64,000 nt of DNA from Candidatus Hydrogenedentota bacterium (GCA_045863295.1 BTWA01000026.1:25197-89196); one strand, 5' to 3'; counted from the first letter of the stretch, positions 1 to 9,765 are shown. A program made the numbers and translations. Notes: generated by a model not told the origin, from the letters alone.

Positions 1-68
1 ACCATTTGGAAGTGGCTGATCTCCGTGTCCGCGCCGAGGAGGATGGTCTTAGGTCTATGTACAGGTGA
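1..68 (+). CDS. 3' end of an upstream gene running in from the window edge (…HLEVADLRVRAEEDGLRSMYR*)
   Basis: Open frame from position 3 to TGA at 66-68, directly before the SD (CAGGAG) and ATG of the next gene. Confidence 0.4.
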   Translation, partial: HLEVADLRVRAEEDGLRSMYR

Positions 69-94
69 AGCACACATAGGACCGCACAGGAGCA

Positions 95-1912
95 ATGACC
101 ATGCCATACGAAGTTTCCGATGTAAGTCGTTTCGCCACGGAGGATCGGTGCAGCGTTGGGCTGCAACCTTGCAGTTGGCGCGCCCATCCCAATCGTTGCA
201 TTGCAGCAAACCTTTCCGTACCATGCACTGGGGTGGGCGATTGGGGGATTACAGCGATGGAAGTAGCCGTCCTGGAGTGTACCATCAGAGGGAAGACTGA
301 AGTCTTCACCGAAACGGTTCTCGACCGTTCCCTGTCCCCGGATGTCGTCCGCTTGTTTGTTGTGTCCGGCGATCGCATCGCGGAGATTTCGCGCCTGTTT
401 CCGGCGCTGCGCAATCTGGCGCCCGGCAAAAACCAACTCAATCTCCAGCGCACGTTCAACAAGCTGCGCGAGGGAGAGTGTGGCACGGTCTACCGTGACT
501 ATGTCTCGCTTGCCCGCATGCGCAGTAGTATGAAAACCCTGCTCTCGAATATGCGGCATACCCGCCGAAACGTGACGTGTATTGTCCAGATTCCCCCGCG
601 GATGTACACGCAACTTGAGGCGGATGTAAAACAACTTGGAATCCATCGGTCAACGTTTAGCGGCAGTGCCGGTTCCCCCGCCTCGCTATACCTGCAGATC
701 CTGCCCGATGTGGACATACCCCCGTATCTTGAAGCGAACTACATCGGGGCTTCGCGCTCTGTGCAGTTTGTACGGCGGATGATAGTCTTGGCGAGCCGAC
801 AGAACGTTCCCGTGCTCATCCAAGGCGATTCCGGCACGGGAAAGGAAATAGTCGCGAGAATGGTACATCGATGCAGGTTCAACGGTGCGGAGGACAAGGA
901 TTTCAAACCGGTTAATTGCTCGTCTATCCCCGATTCACTGCTCGAATCTGAGCTGTTTGGTCACGTGTCCGGCGCATTTACAGACGGAAAGAATACCCGT
1001 GACGGTCTGTGGAAAGCGGCAAACGACGGCACGCTGTTTCTGGATGAAATCGGCGAACTCAGCATGTCGAGCCAGGCGAAAATATTGAGGGCCATCGAGA
1101 CCAATACAGTGAGGCCGGTTGGCGCAGACAAAGACGAACCGGTCAAGGCAAACCTCATCATGGCCACCAACCGCGATCTGTTCGCGATGACAAAGCGCGG
1201 GGAATTTCGAGAAGACCTCTTCTTTCGAATTTGGGTGGGACGCATCGTGACGCCCCCGTTGCGCGAGCACCCCGAGGACATCCCCCTGTTGGCGAATTTT
1301 CTATGGAATAAAATCACAAACCAAAACGGCGTGACGCTGCCCGATGCGGTGACGGAATGCCTCGCCGAATATCCCTGGCCAGGCAATGTGCGCGAACTCC
1401 AATCCGTGCTGCGCTCCATGTGCATCGCTCACGGCAACGCCGTCACCACGCGCAAGCAAGTCGAGTTCGCCATGGACTACGCGGGGGTGCCCGCGAATGA
1501 ATTCTTCCGCGCCGACCGTGCCGTGGCGAAAAGCACGCGTCGCGCCACCCAATTGAAACAAACCCTGAAAGCCCAGGAAGCCATAGCCGTCCTGCGTGCC
1601 CTCGTCGGACAGGTCCAGAATTGCCCCACCCCGGGCCTTGCCGTGCAGGCCGGGCTGCCGCTCAGCATCTTCAATGTGCATCGTGATCTACTCACATTGT
1701 GCGAAGACCCGCTTTCATTTGGTTCAACGGAGATCTACAAAGCGGTCCTCGCGTTCGGGGGAAAACTGGGGCAGTATCTGCTCGCAGTGGACGCTAACCC
1801 CGATACGATCGGCGATCGCGCAACATGCCTCGAATTGTTGTCGGGTTCGGACGCGCTCGAAGAGCGTCTGACCAACTACTCGGCTGAACTCGTTAAAGCC
1901 CGCAGAAGTTGA
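95..1912 (+). CDS. Sigma54-interaction (bEBP, NtrC-like) AAA+ transcriptional regulator with atypical N- and C-terminal regions
   Basis: Walker A GDSGTGKE, ESELFGH.SGAFTDG (GAFTGA variant), GTLFLDEIG, FREDLFFR, WPGNVREL; SD AGGAG just before ATG 95. Confidence 0.9.
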   Translation: MTMPYEVSDVSRFATEDRCSVGLQPCSWRAHPNRCIAANLSVPCTGVGDWGITAMEVAVLECTIRGKTEVFTETVLDRSLSPDVVRLFVVSGDRIAEISRLFPALRNLAPGKNQLNLQRTFNKLREGECGTVYRDYVSLARMRSSMKTLLSNMRHTRRNVTCIVQIPPRMYTQLEADVKQLGIHRSTFSGSAGSPASLYLQILPDVDIPPYLEANYIGASRSVQFVRRMIVLASRQNVPVLIQGDSGTGKEIVARMVHRCRFNGAEDKDFKPVNCSSIPDSLLESELFGHVSGAFTDGKNTRDGLWKAANDGTLFLDEIGELSMSSQAKILRAIETNTVRPVGADKDEPVKANLIMATNRDLFAMTKRGEFREDLFFRIWVGRIVTPPLREHPEDIPLLANFLWNKITNQNGVTLPDAVTECLAEYPWPGNVRELQSVLRSMCIAHGNAVTTRKQVEFAMDYAGVPANEFFRADRAVAKSTRRATQLKQTLKAQEAIAVLRALVGQVQNCPTPGLAVQAGLPLSIFNVHRDLLTLCEDPLSFGSTEIYKAVLAFGGKLGQYLLAVDANPDTIGDRATCLELLSGSDALEERLTNYSAELVKARRS

Positions 1913-1925
1913 GGATCACCAAAGA

Positions 1926-2117
1926 ATGAACTGGCACCCACGTTCCGCAACGCAGGAGCCAACCAAACCTTTGGCCCAATACAACACCAACCAAGCCCAA
2001 GACTTGTGGGAAGACAACGCGATTATCTCCCCCCTCATCCGCCAAGACAATCCGCGCACCGAGTTCCGGTTCAAGTTCAAGCGGCAATCGAAACCACAAA
2101 CCGGGGACAGGCCGTAG
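1926..2117 (+). CDS. Possible small hypothetical protein (63 aa)
   Basis: Fills the gap between two co-oriented genes; GAGGA about 10 nt upstream; stop overlaps the SD (TAGGAG) of the next gene; no recognisable motif. Confidence 0.3.
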   Translation: MNWHPRSATQEPTKPLAQYNTNQAQDLWEDNAIISPLIRQDNPRTEFRFKFKRQSKPQTGDRP

Positions 2118-2126
2118 GAGACCTGC

Positions 2127-5100
2127 ATGGCGACATGGAAAACAGTCCGCGTCTTTATCTCCTCCACCTTCCGCGACATGCACGCGGAGCGGGACTACCT
2201 GGTCAAAGTGGTTTTCCCGCGGTTGCGAGAGCGGTTAGATCCGCACCGAATTCATCTAGTCGATATCGATTTGAGGTGGGGCATTACAGAGGAAGAAGCA
2301 GAGGACAACCGCGTACTCGACCTTTGCCTACAGCAAATTGACACCTGCCGCCCTTTCTTCATCGGCATCCTGGGCGAGCGCTATGGTTGGGTGCCCGGTG
2401 CTTTCGACGAGTCGGCTCTCTCGAAGTATGGCTGGATACAACACGCAACGGGTAAGAGCCTGACCGAACTGGAAATATTGCACGGCGTACTGCGCAATCC
2501 CGAGATGCGCAGTCATGCGTTCTTCTATTTCCGCAACCCTGCGTTTATTGATGACGTGCCCGTCACAAAACGAAGCGACCTGCGACCGGAGAACGCTGAA
2601 TCCAAAGATAAGCTGCTCAGTCTGAGAGAGGCCATTCGACAAACTCCTCTTTCGTACCCGCCAATGGAAAACTACCCTTGCCGTTACGCCGGGCTACGGA
2701 TCAACTGGCGGCTCGCGTCACAGAACCTTACCCAAGCCGACAGAGATGTGCTGCATACCTTGGCGGTGGACGGTGTAGTAGATTCAACCGAATACGCGGC
2801 ATTGGACGATCGGCTCCGGTCGGTGATCGACCAGAATAGCCACGTATTGCTGACTGGGCTTGAGATATTTGGGAACAGGGTATTTGACCAACTTTGGAGC
2901 GGCATCAAATTCGAGTACGAACTGCCCGATACCCCGTCAATTCATACGCTCCGGGAACGCGATCCACTCGCGGAAGATCAGGAATACCACGAGCGATTCA
3001 TGGAATCTCGGACACGGGTGTACATTGGCCGCGAGAATATTCAGCAGCAGCTTTTCGCCGTGGCCAGCAACGACGATACGTATCCATGCCTGGTAACCGG
3101 GCCGGCTGGCTCGGGCAAATCCGCCATACTTGCCAAATTTGCGACGGATTATTTGGCCGCGCATCCCGACGTGCTGGTCATACCTCATTTCGTCGGGGCG
3201 AGTCCCGGCTCGACAAGTCTCATGCACATGCTGCGTCGCTTCTGTCTGATCCTGGGCGATACGTTCGCTATAAAACACGTTCAAACGCAGGAAGAGAGCG
3301 AACAGTGGCAAGTCCCCGCCGAAGTCCCATTCGAACCTATCGAGCTCGCTTCCAGATTCAGGGATTATCTAAATCGTGTGCCAGGAGAAAAACGCGTCGT
3401 CTTTGTCATCGACGCTCTAAATCAACTCGACGAAACGGACAACGCGCATGCCCTTCATTGGCTGCCCCGCGAGTGGCCCACCCATGTGAAATGTATTGCC
3501 AGTTGCACTGCTCACGAGGATAATAACCCTGTCGTGCTGGCAGCATTCAAAGGGCGCCGCACGCACATTATCCGCGTACCGACGCTGACGGACGAAGAGC
3601 GCTTGGCCATTGTGACTGAGGTGCCCTCGCTAAGTGCAAAACGCCTCTCCTCAAGTCAGGTCCGTCTGCTGCTCGATAACCCGGCGACGAAAAACCCTCT
3701 GCTTTTGCTGGTCGCACTCGAGGAACTGCGTGGGTTCGGATCCTTCGATCAACTCAACGCCCGCATTGCCGCACTGCCCCGCGACGGCGATACCGTGACC
3801 GCGATTTTCACCCAGGTGATCGAACGTCTGGAAGAGGAATTTGACGCGCGGCAGGTGCGAAAAGTCCTTTCATGGCTCGCGTGCGCCCGAAGCGGACTGT
3901 CCGGGCGCGAACTACTAGAACTGCTCGAAGGCATAGGCGCATCAGAATCACGTTCGGACCTGTATCCCATCCTTCGCCAAATCCGCGCATACCTTCAGCA
4001 CCGTGGCGAGCTTTTCGATTTCTACCACGGAAGCTTCCGCGACGCCGTGGCCGGGAAATACGGTGCGCACGCCGGTGCCCAGGTCTTACATGCGGAGTTA
4101 GCCGCATACTTTCTCGCAGTGGCCGATCCAGGCGGGAACCGCTCTTGGACCGGGCAAAGCGCGCATAGCATCAATGAACTGCCTTTCCACCTCTACTCCT
4201 CTTGCGCCTACGAGACACTGGCCGCCGTACTGGGCGATACGATGTTTGCCGCGGCAAAATCAACGGGGGGCGCTGTCTACGACCTATTAACCGATTACCA
4301 GACCGCGATCCTCAGTTTTTCATCCGAGGGCAGTGATCAGACCCGCTTAGTTCAACTTGCCAGCATTTTGCGCCGATTTGCGCACGGACTCCACAACGCT
4401 CCCGAATGCAGCCTGCAACAGATACTTATTGGCATTGCAGCGCTGGAATCGCCAGACACATGTTTGGAGATGCAGGGAAACGTAATTGCCAATGAGCACG
4501 CGAGGACCGGCCCTGTTAAGCTTACCAGTTTCATTCCTCTGCACATGACTACCGGCGTCGCTCGGATCCCCGCGGATAACGATCGAGTCGTTGAGAATTC
4601 CGTTCTAAGACAAGCCTCCATTTTGTTGCGTTATAGAGGCGGAGAGTGGACAGAATTCTCGTCTGACTTCGAAGTGCTCGGAATGGGTTCGACCAATTCG
4701 GCCACCATGTCAACTATGGTCGCTGGCACGCAAGCCTTGGTGATGTGCAGCGCGAACGTTGCTCAGATTTACAGATATTGGCCCGTTGGCCAGCCTCTGA
4801 AACATCGCTGCACCCATCCCATTACTACAGCGGCCTGTTCGACGGATGATCGGTTCGTCCTGCTCGGATGCGCCGATGGCGCATTGGAACTGCTGATCTT
4901 GGAGGACGACGGGAGAGTCACAATCGAATCTAACCAATTAGGGACAATGGTCGTGGCGTCATGGTTTGATAGCGGTGGCGTCGCGGTAGCGGTGACTCGA
5001 AACGGTAGTATCCACTATCTACGGTGTGATTCGCATACTGTCACTTATTCGGCCCAAACCCCGCACCCGTGTGCTGCTGCATGCGGAGCCTGGCAGGGAA

Positions 5101-6437
5101 AAGCGTGTCTGCTATCCGAAGACAACCACCTATTCGTTCGTCGTCTGAATGCAGAGTTAGTTTGGGAAGACATGCTTCCGACTCGAGCGTACAGTCTGGC
5201 GTTTGCGGCTAAAACGGCCGATTCCGCTGCAACAATTGTATCAGGCCTGGAAGATGGTAATTTACAGGTGCGCGATGCCGAGTCGGGTAAACTCCAAGAA
5301 ACGATTCAGGTGAGCCATACCGCGTTGCAGCATGTCGAAATAGCACAAGCCGGAAATCTCATTCTGTGCCGCGACTCGGCACATAACGTCTATGTGATAT
5401 CGCCAAGACGAGGCGACGATGTCGCACGGTTCAGGTCTTGGCCGTTTTGCGGCCATATTCTCGATACTCACTGGAATGCACGGCTCAGAAGATTGTCGGT
5501 CGTCACCGCCGATGGTGAACCGTTAATAATCCACGAATCAGGTCATTCCGGCACCAATTGGAATATATCCCATGCGCCCAAGCTCGCCGCTCGGCTCGAC
5601 GATGCTAGTTTCGCCCCTGACGGCTCCATCACCGCACTCCATCGCGAACCGGGTGTAAGCCAGGTGTGGCGTCATTCTCCAGTCGGCAACAACGGGTCTA
5701 CTCCCGGCCGAACCCCTGAAACAGCCATTGCATTCAGAAGCCGGAGATTGTGGTCTGGACATGTGGCTCGTCTCTCACAACCTCAATGGCTTAAAATCGT
5801 GAAAGTTTCCCGATCAGGAAACGCATTTGCGATGTATTCCAATGCTGGGTTAATAAGTTGGGGGCGATTCCGGCTTTGGGGTATACGGCCGCATTGGGAA
5901 AAGTGGCCCAATCCAATCGACGAGTTCGCCATATCCGATAGAGGAACCGTAATCGTCTTGACACAGCAAACGGGCACGGCTATAGATAAACCACCAGCCC
6001 GGCTTCTTTTGTGCAAGGGTTTCAAGCACACATTGCTGAAAGATGGCTGGGGCGGGGGAACGCGTGGGATAGAGCGCGGAATGGCCAAACAGCTTCGGGG
6101 AATATCAATTAGCTGTGACGGACGAATTATCACGGCCATTGACCTCGCGCATAACCTGTGGGTATTCAATTTTGAACCCGACAGACCCGATGATCCTCCA
6201 AGTGGGGATATTGTGCTTTCAAACGTTGTAGCCTGCGAAACGTCGTCGTCAGGCGTCTTTTTCGCTGCATTGCACCTTGACATGACGATCCAAGTACTCT
6301 CGCGCGAAATGAAGGCCTGTCCCCAGAATCTCGGAAAACTCCTGCTGCCTGGCCAGGCTAACCATTTTCGCATCGATGAAACAGCGCGCTGTCTGATTGT
6401 CTCAGGACACAATTATGTTCAGTCGGTGAGATTCTAG
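2127..6437 (+). CDS. DUF4062 - NACHT/STAND NTPase - degenerate WD40 propeller protein (NLR-like, TEP1/NWD-like architecture)
   Basis: N-terminal RVFISSTFRDMHAERD…IDLRWG…FFIGILGERYGW…SLTELEI; Walker A GPAGSGKS; Walker B VVFVIDALNQLD; C-terminal WD-like repeats (LGCADGALEL, SGLEDGNLQVRD). Confidence 0.88.
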   Translation: MATWKTVRVFISSTFRDMHAERDYLVKVVFPRLRERLDPHRIHLVDIDLRWGITEEEAEDNRVLDLCLQQIDTCRPFFIGILGERYGWVPGAFDESALSKYGWIQHATGKSLTELEILHGVLRNPEMRSHAFFYFRNPAFIDDVPVTKRSDLRPENAESKDKLLSLREAIRQTPLSYPPMENYPCRYAGLRINWRLASQNLTQADRDVLHTLAVDGVVDSTEYAALDDRLRSVIDQNSHVLLTGLEIFGNRVFDQLWSGIKFEYELPDTPSIHTLRERDPLAEDQEYHERFMESRTRVYIGRENIQQQLFAVASNDDTYPCLVTGPAGSGKSAILAKFATDYLAAHPDVLVIPHFVGASPGSTSLMHMLRRFCLILGDTFAIKHVQTQEESEQWQVPAEVPFEPIELASRFRDYLNRVPGEKRVVFVIDALNQLDETDNAHALHWLPREWPTHVKCIASCTAHEDNNPVVLAAFKGRRTHIIRVPTLTDEERLAIVTEVPSLSAKRLSSSQVRLLLDNPATKNPLLLLVALEELRGFGSFDQLNARIAALPRDGDTVTAIFTQVIERLEEEFDARQVRKVLSWLACARSGLSGRELLELLEGIGASESRSDLYPILRQIRAYLQHRGELFDFYHGSFRDAVAGKYGAHAGAQVLHAELAAYFLAVADPGGNRSWTGQSAHSINELPFHLYSSCAYETLAAVLGDTMFAAAKSTGGAVYDLLTDYQTAILSFSSEGSDQTRLVQLASILRRFAHGLHNAPECSLQQILIGIAALESPDTCLEMQGNVIANEHARTGPVKLTSFIPLHMTTGVARIPADNDRVVENSVLRQASILLRYRGGEWTEFSSDFEVLGMGSTNSATMSTMVAGTQALVMCSANVAQIYRYWPVGQPLKHRCTHPITTAACSTDDRFVLLGCADGALELLILEDDGRVTIESNQLGTMVVASWFDSGGVAVAVTRNGSIHYLRCDSHTVTYSAQTPHPCAAACGAWQGKACLLSEDNHLFVRRLNAELVWEDMLPTRAYSLAFAAKTADSAATIVSGLEDGNLQVRDAESGKLQETIQVSHTALQHVEIAQAGNLILCRDSAHNVYVISPRRGDDVARFRSWPFCGHILDTHWNARLRRLSVVTADGEPLIIHESGHSGTNWNISHAPKLAARLDDASFAPDGSITALHREPGVSQVWRHSPVGNNGSTPGRTPETAIAFRSRRLWSGHVARLSQPQWLKIVKVSRSGNAFAMYSNAGLISWGRFRLWGIRPHWEKWPNPIDEFAISDRGTVIVLTQQTGTAIDKPPARLLLCKGFKHTLLKDGWGGGTRGIERGMAKQLRGISISCDGRIITAIDLAHNLWVFNFEPDRPDDPPSGDIVLSNVVACETSSSGVFFAALHLDMTIQVLSREMKACPQNLGKLLLPGQANHFRIDETARCLIVSGHNYVQSVRF

Positions 6438-6462
6438 CCAGTGAGAACGAAAAGGTACTGAA

Positions 6463-7584
6463 ATGAACACTGCCAAGGACTACTTCGTGGGCGCAACTAG
6501 CGTCGTCAGTATGTGTTTACTTGTAAGTTCATTCGTGCTCATGTATCGCAACTTCTTTACTGAATCGCACTATTCGTGGTGGCTCATCGGCGGCCTCGCT
6601 TTACAGTTTCCAGTGATGGCAAAGATAATGGCGAAGCTCTTTCGCGGATCCGTCCGGCCGTCTGATGAAGTTATCAATCATGCTTTCGATCGCGTCTACG
6701 AACAGAGACTTCGTTCGGTTGTATTCAAATTTCCCGAAGGCTGGCGCTACAAGAAGCAAGGACGCGGCGTGCACAGTTTCTACATGCAAGAATGTGGCCA
6801 CGCGGCAGTAATACACGTCGAGCTTACATATCTCTTCGAAACCGAGATTGACTCGCTGGAGGGGTACTTGGCGTACGCAACGGAATTTGTGCGTGGGCTA
6901 AACGCCGAACTTATGTTTAACCGTGTCGCAGATCGATGGGGAATGCGTATTCACGAGTTTGCGTACAAGTCACCGCGTAGTTGCGGGCAACGGCTGACTG
7001 TGCCCTATCATGGCACTGAATATGGGTTCTTTTTGCGGACCGATGTCGCGGACCTGGCGCAGCCTGCAGGTAAGCTCTTCGATCACTTCTTGAGCCACGT
7101 GCGATTTGATCCCCCACCACTAAAACCGCAACTGGCATTTGGTGGACAATTGTCAGTTGCACTTCCAGCGGAATTCATGCCCGTCCAGACCCAAAAAACG
7201 GACACCGCAACTTGGAAAAGCACGACTCGAAAAGACTGTAGCATCTGGTTGCAGTACCGTCACGAATGTGAAGCACCAATGCGCCCTGAACTACTTCGCC
7301 CGCTGCTGAAAAGCTGCCCCCGTCCCGAACAGGGCGCGAACGACTTCGTCCGGGGACTAAAAAAGGGTCAAATCAGACTATCTGAAAATGGATTTGGGGG
7401 ATACATCTATTATCAAGCCACGGATAGGTGGGGTTGGTTAGCGGCGGTGGGAGACCTACCGTCGGGCGGGCGTGTTCTGTTCTGCCTTGACGACAAAGAC
7501 CCTGAACAGGCTCCATATTATGGGACATACTTTTATGAGCAAATCTCAATTGAAATTCTAGTTACCTTGTCGGAACGGCTGTAG
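6463..7584 (+). CDS. Hypothetical membrane-anchored protein (2 N-terminal TM helices plus soluble domain)
   Basis: 373-aa ORF 25 nt after the NACHT gene; two hydrophobic stretches in the first about 60 aa. Confidence 0.65.
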   Translation: MNTAKDYFVGATSVVSMCLLVSSFVLMYRNFFTESHYSWWLIGGLALQFPVMAKIMAKLFRGSVRPSDEVINHAFDRVYEQRLRSVVFKFPEGWRYKKQGRGVHSFYMQECGHAAVIHVELTYLFETEIDSLEGYLAYATEFVRGLNAELMFNRVADRWGMRIHEFAYKSPRSCGQRLTVPYHGTEYGFFLRTDVADLAQPAGKLFDHFLSHVRFDPPPLKPQLAFGGQLSVALPAEFMPVQTQKTDTATWKSTTRKDCSIWLQYRHECEAPMRPELLRPLLKSCPRPEQGANDFVRGLKKGQIRLSENGFGGYIYYQATDRWGWLAAVGDLPSGGRVLFCLDDKDPEQAPYYGTYFYEQISIEILVTLSERL

Positions 7585-7684
7585 TGGCGCAAGGCGACAC
7601 AATAATGATGAAATATGACATATGACCGATTCTACAAGATTGAAAGAGACGAGGTAAGGCTGACAGGAGCATGACTGGAAGAAG

Positions 7685-9445
7685 ATGACCTATACTTCGA
7701 AAATACGCGGGGGGTGGGAACCCGTTCGAGCTTTTTGGCGCGTTTGGGGGTGGCCTATTATCTGGGCGCTTGGGGTGGCGTCGTTTGTGTGCGGATATGT
7801 GGGGTTCGCGCAATATTACCAGTCACAGGCCGAAGTCCATTCGGTGTTGGAACTGGTGTACCGCACGCTCCAGCTCTACGTCCTCCAATCCGGAGCGTTG
7901 GACTATCCGGTCCCGCCTGCGCTTGAGGTCGCGCGGTTTCTTGCGCCCGCCGTGTTCGGTTACACGGCAACCCGCGCGCTGACATCGCTGCTGCGCGAAC
8001 AGTTTCTCACGTTATGGCTATGGCGGCGGCGGGAGCACGTCGTTGTGTGCGGACTTGGGCGCAAGGGCCTCCAAATCGCAAAAGACTTCAGCAACCGGTA
8101 CTCCGTCGTTGTTATCGAGCCCGATGCGCACAACGACCGCATCCGTCACTGCCGCGACTTTGGCGCGCGCGTCCTCATCGGCGACGCATCGGACATCGAC
8201 CTGCTACGGCAGGCGGGCGTGGCGCGCGCGCGTTACGTCGTCGCCACGACGGGCGACGACGGGGTAAATGTGGAAATCGTGCTCCACGCCCGCGAACTGG
8301 TGCAATCGCGCCCCGCGATGTTCTCGCATACCTGCACGTGCCTGGTTCACATTGTCGACTCCACATTGTGTGCGGTCTTCAAAATGGCGCCGACTTTTAC
8401 CTCAGGCAAGGATTGGTTCGAGGCAACGGTTTTCAACATATACGAAAACTGCGCAAGGCAACTGTTCGAAGTGCAACCGCTGGACCGCGTGCCCATCGGC
8501 GTTTCTAGCCGGGTGTCGGTCCACCTCGTCGTAATCGGATTCGGCCAAATGGGTCAGGCTGTCGCGCTGCAGGCGGCACGCGTGGGCCATTTCGCAAATG
8601 GACGCCGGCTGCGCATCAGCGTCGTCGATCGAAACGCGAAGGAAGCACACGCCGCCTTCCTTGCGTTGTATCCGCGATTTGGCGACATCTGCGACATCGA
8701 GTTCGTTCACGCACTCGCGGGAAGCGCGGAAGTCAACGAACGCTTGATCGCTTGGGCGACCGAAGAGAACGCGATGCTGACCGTTGCCATTTGCCTCGAC
8801 AACGACACGCGCAGTCTGACGCGGGCCCTGGCTATCGCGGAGAAGCTCCGGGAGTATAACGTGCCCGTTCGTGTTCGGATGGAAGAAGACACGGGACTGG
8901 CCAGCTTGCTCGTATGCGAGGGCGTATGTCATCCTTCGATTGCATACATCCGCGCATTTGGCCAGATTGATCGCGTGTGCGCGCTGAACCGGCTACTGTC
9001 CGAAGAGCAGGACCGCAAGGCGCGCCGGCTCCACAATCGGTTTATCGCCGTGGCGCGGCAAGATCTCAAGAGACCGAAAGATGACCCGGCGCTTCTGGAC
9101 TGGGAGAAACTCCCCGAAACATACAAGGAGTCGAACCGGCAGGCGGCGGATCATCTTCCGGTGAAACTGCGCGCAATCGGAATCACAGAGAATGGCGATC
9201 TCACACGCGAATTGAAAACACGTGAGATCGAAATTCTAGCCCGCATGGAACACGCGCGCTGGATGGCCGAGCGCCAGCTTTCTGGCTGGAAGTACGCGCC
9301 CGGGCCGAAGAACGACACGAAGAAGACGAACCCAAACCTCGTGGCATGGTCGAAACTCGATCGCGCGAATAAGGACAAAGATCGCGGCGCGGTCCGCGAA
9401 ATGGTAAGTTGGCTCAAAGTCCCAACGCACAGGAGTGCTACATGA
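7685..9445 (+). CDS. Channel-like TM segment + TrkA_N (RCK, NAD-binding) domains + two RyR repeats
   Basis: TM-pore helix-TM N-terminus; HVVVCGLGRKG, IGDASD.DLLRQAGV.RA; second Rossmann motif VVIGFGQMGQ; RyR motifs WEKLPETYKESNRQAA and LARMEHARWMAERQLSGWKY…PNLVAWSKL. Confidence 0.88.
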   Translation: MTYTSKIRGGWEPVRAFWRVWGWPIIWALGVASFVCGYVGFAQYYQSQAEVHSVLELVYRTLQLYVLQSGALDYPVPPALEVARFLAPAVFGYTATRALTSLLREQFLTLWLWRRREHVVVCGLGRKGLQIAKDFSNRYSVVVIEPDAHNDRIRHCRDFGARVLIGDASDIDLLRQAGVARARYVVATTGDDGVNVEIVLHARELVQSRPAMFSHTCTCLVHIVDSTLCAVFKMAPTFTSGKDWFEATVFNIYENCARQLFEVQPLDRVPIGVSSRVSVHLVVIGFGQMGQAVALQAARVGHFANGRRLRISVVDRNAKEAHAAFLALYPRFGDICDIEFVHALAGSAEVNERLIAWATEENAMLTVAICLDNDTRSLTRALAIAEKLREYNVPVRVRMEEDTGLASLLVCEGVCHPSIAYIRAFGQIDRVCALNRLLSEEQDRKARRLHNRFIAVARQDLKRPKDDPALLDWEKLPETYKESNRQAADHLPVKLRAIGITENGDLTRELKTREIEILARMEHARWMAERQLSGWKYAPGPKNDTKKTNPNLVAWSKLDRANKDKDRGAVREMVSWLKVPTHRSAT

Positions 9446-9723
9446 GCTACGCCCCAAGACCAATCGACACATCAGGTGTGGTGTTGACAGAAGAAATTGC
9501 AAAGCTGACGGAACTGCTCGCGGAAAATGCCCACGAGCATTGGGCCAAGCAGCGTCTCAGCGATGGCTGGCGCTACGGTCCCACGCGGGACGATGCCAAG
9601 AAAGAACATCCCTGCCTCATTCCCTACGGTGATCTCCCCGATTCCGAAAAGACATACGACCGAAAAATGGCCATAGAAACCCTGAAGGTAATCCTGGCCC
9701 TCGGCTATCGCATAGCGAAATAG
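9442..9723 (+). CDS. Stand-alone RyR (ryanodine receptor repeat) domain protein, 93 aa
   Basis: YAPRPIDTS.V.L…LAENAHEHWAKQRLSDGWRYGPTRDDAKKEHPCLIPYGDLPDSEKTYDR; SD AGGAG at 9431; ATGA overlap with the upstream stop. Confidence 0.92.
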   Translation: MSYAPRPIDTSGVVLTEEIAKLTELLAENAHEHWAKQRLSDGWRYGPTRDDAKKEHPCLIPYGDLPDSEKTYDRKMAIETLKVILALGYRIAK

Positions 9724-9765
9724 ACGATTGATACGGACCAATTAACGATTTCGAAAGGAGGCCGC

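Noticed and set aside
1932..1948. Sigma54 promoter TGGCAC…
   Set aside because: GG is followed by CC, not GC, at the required 10-nt spacing
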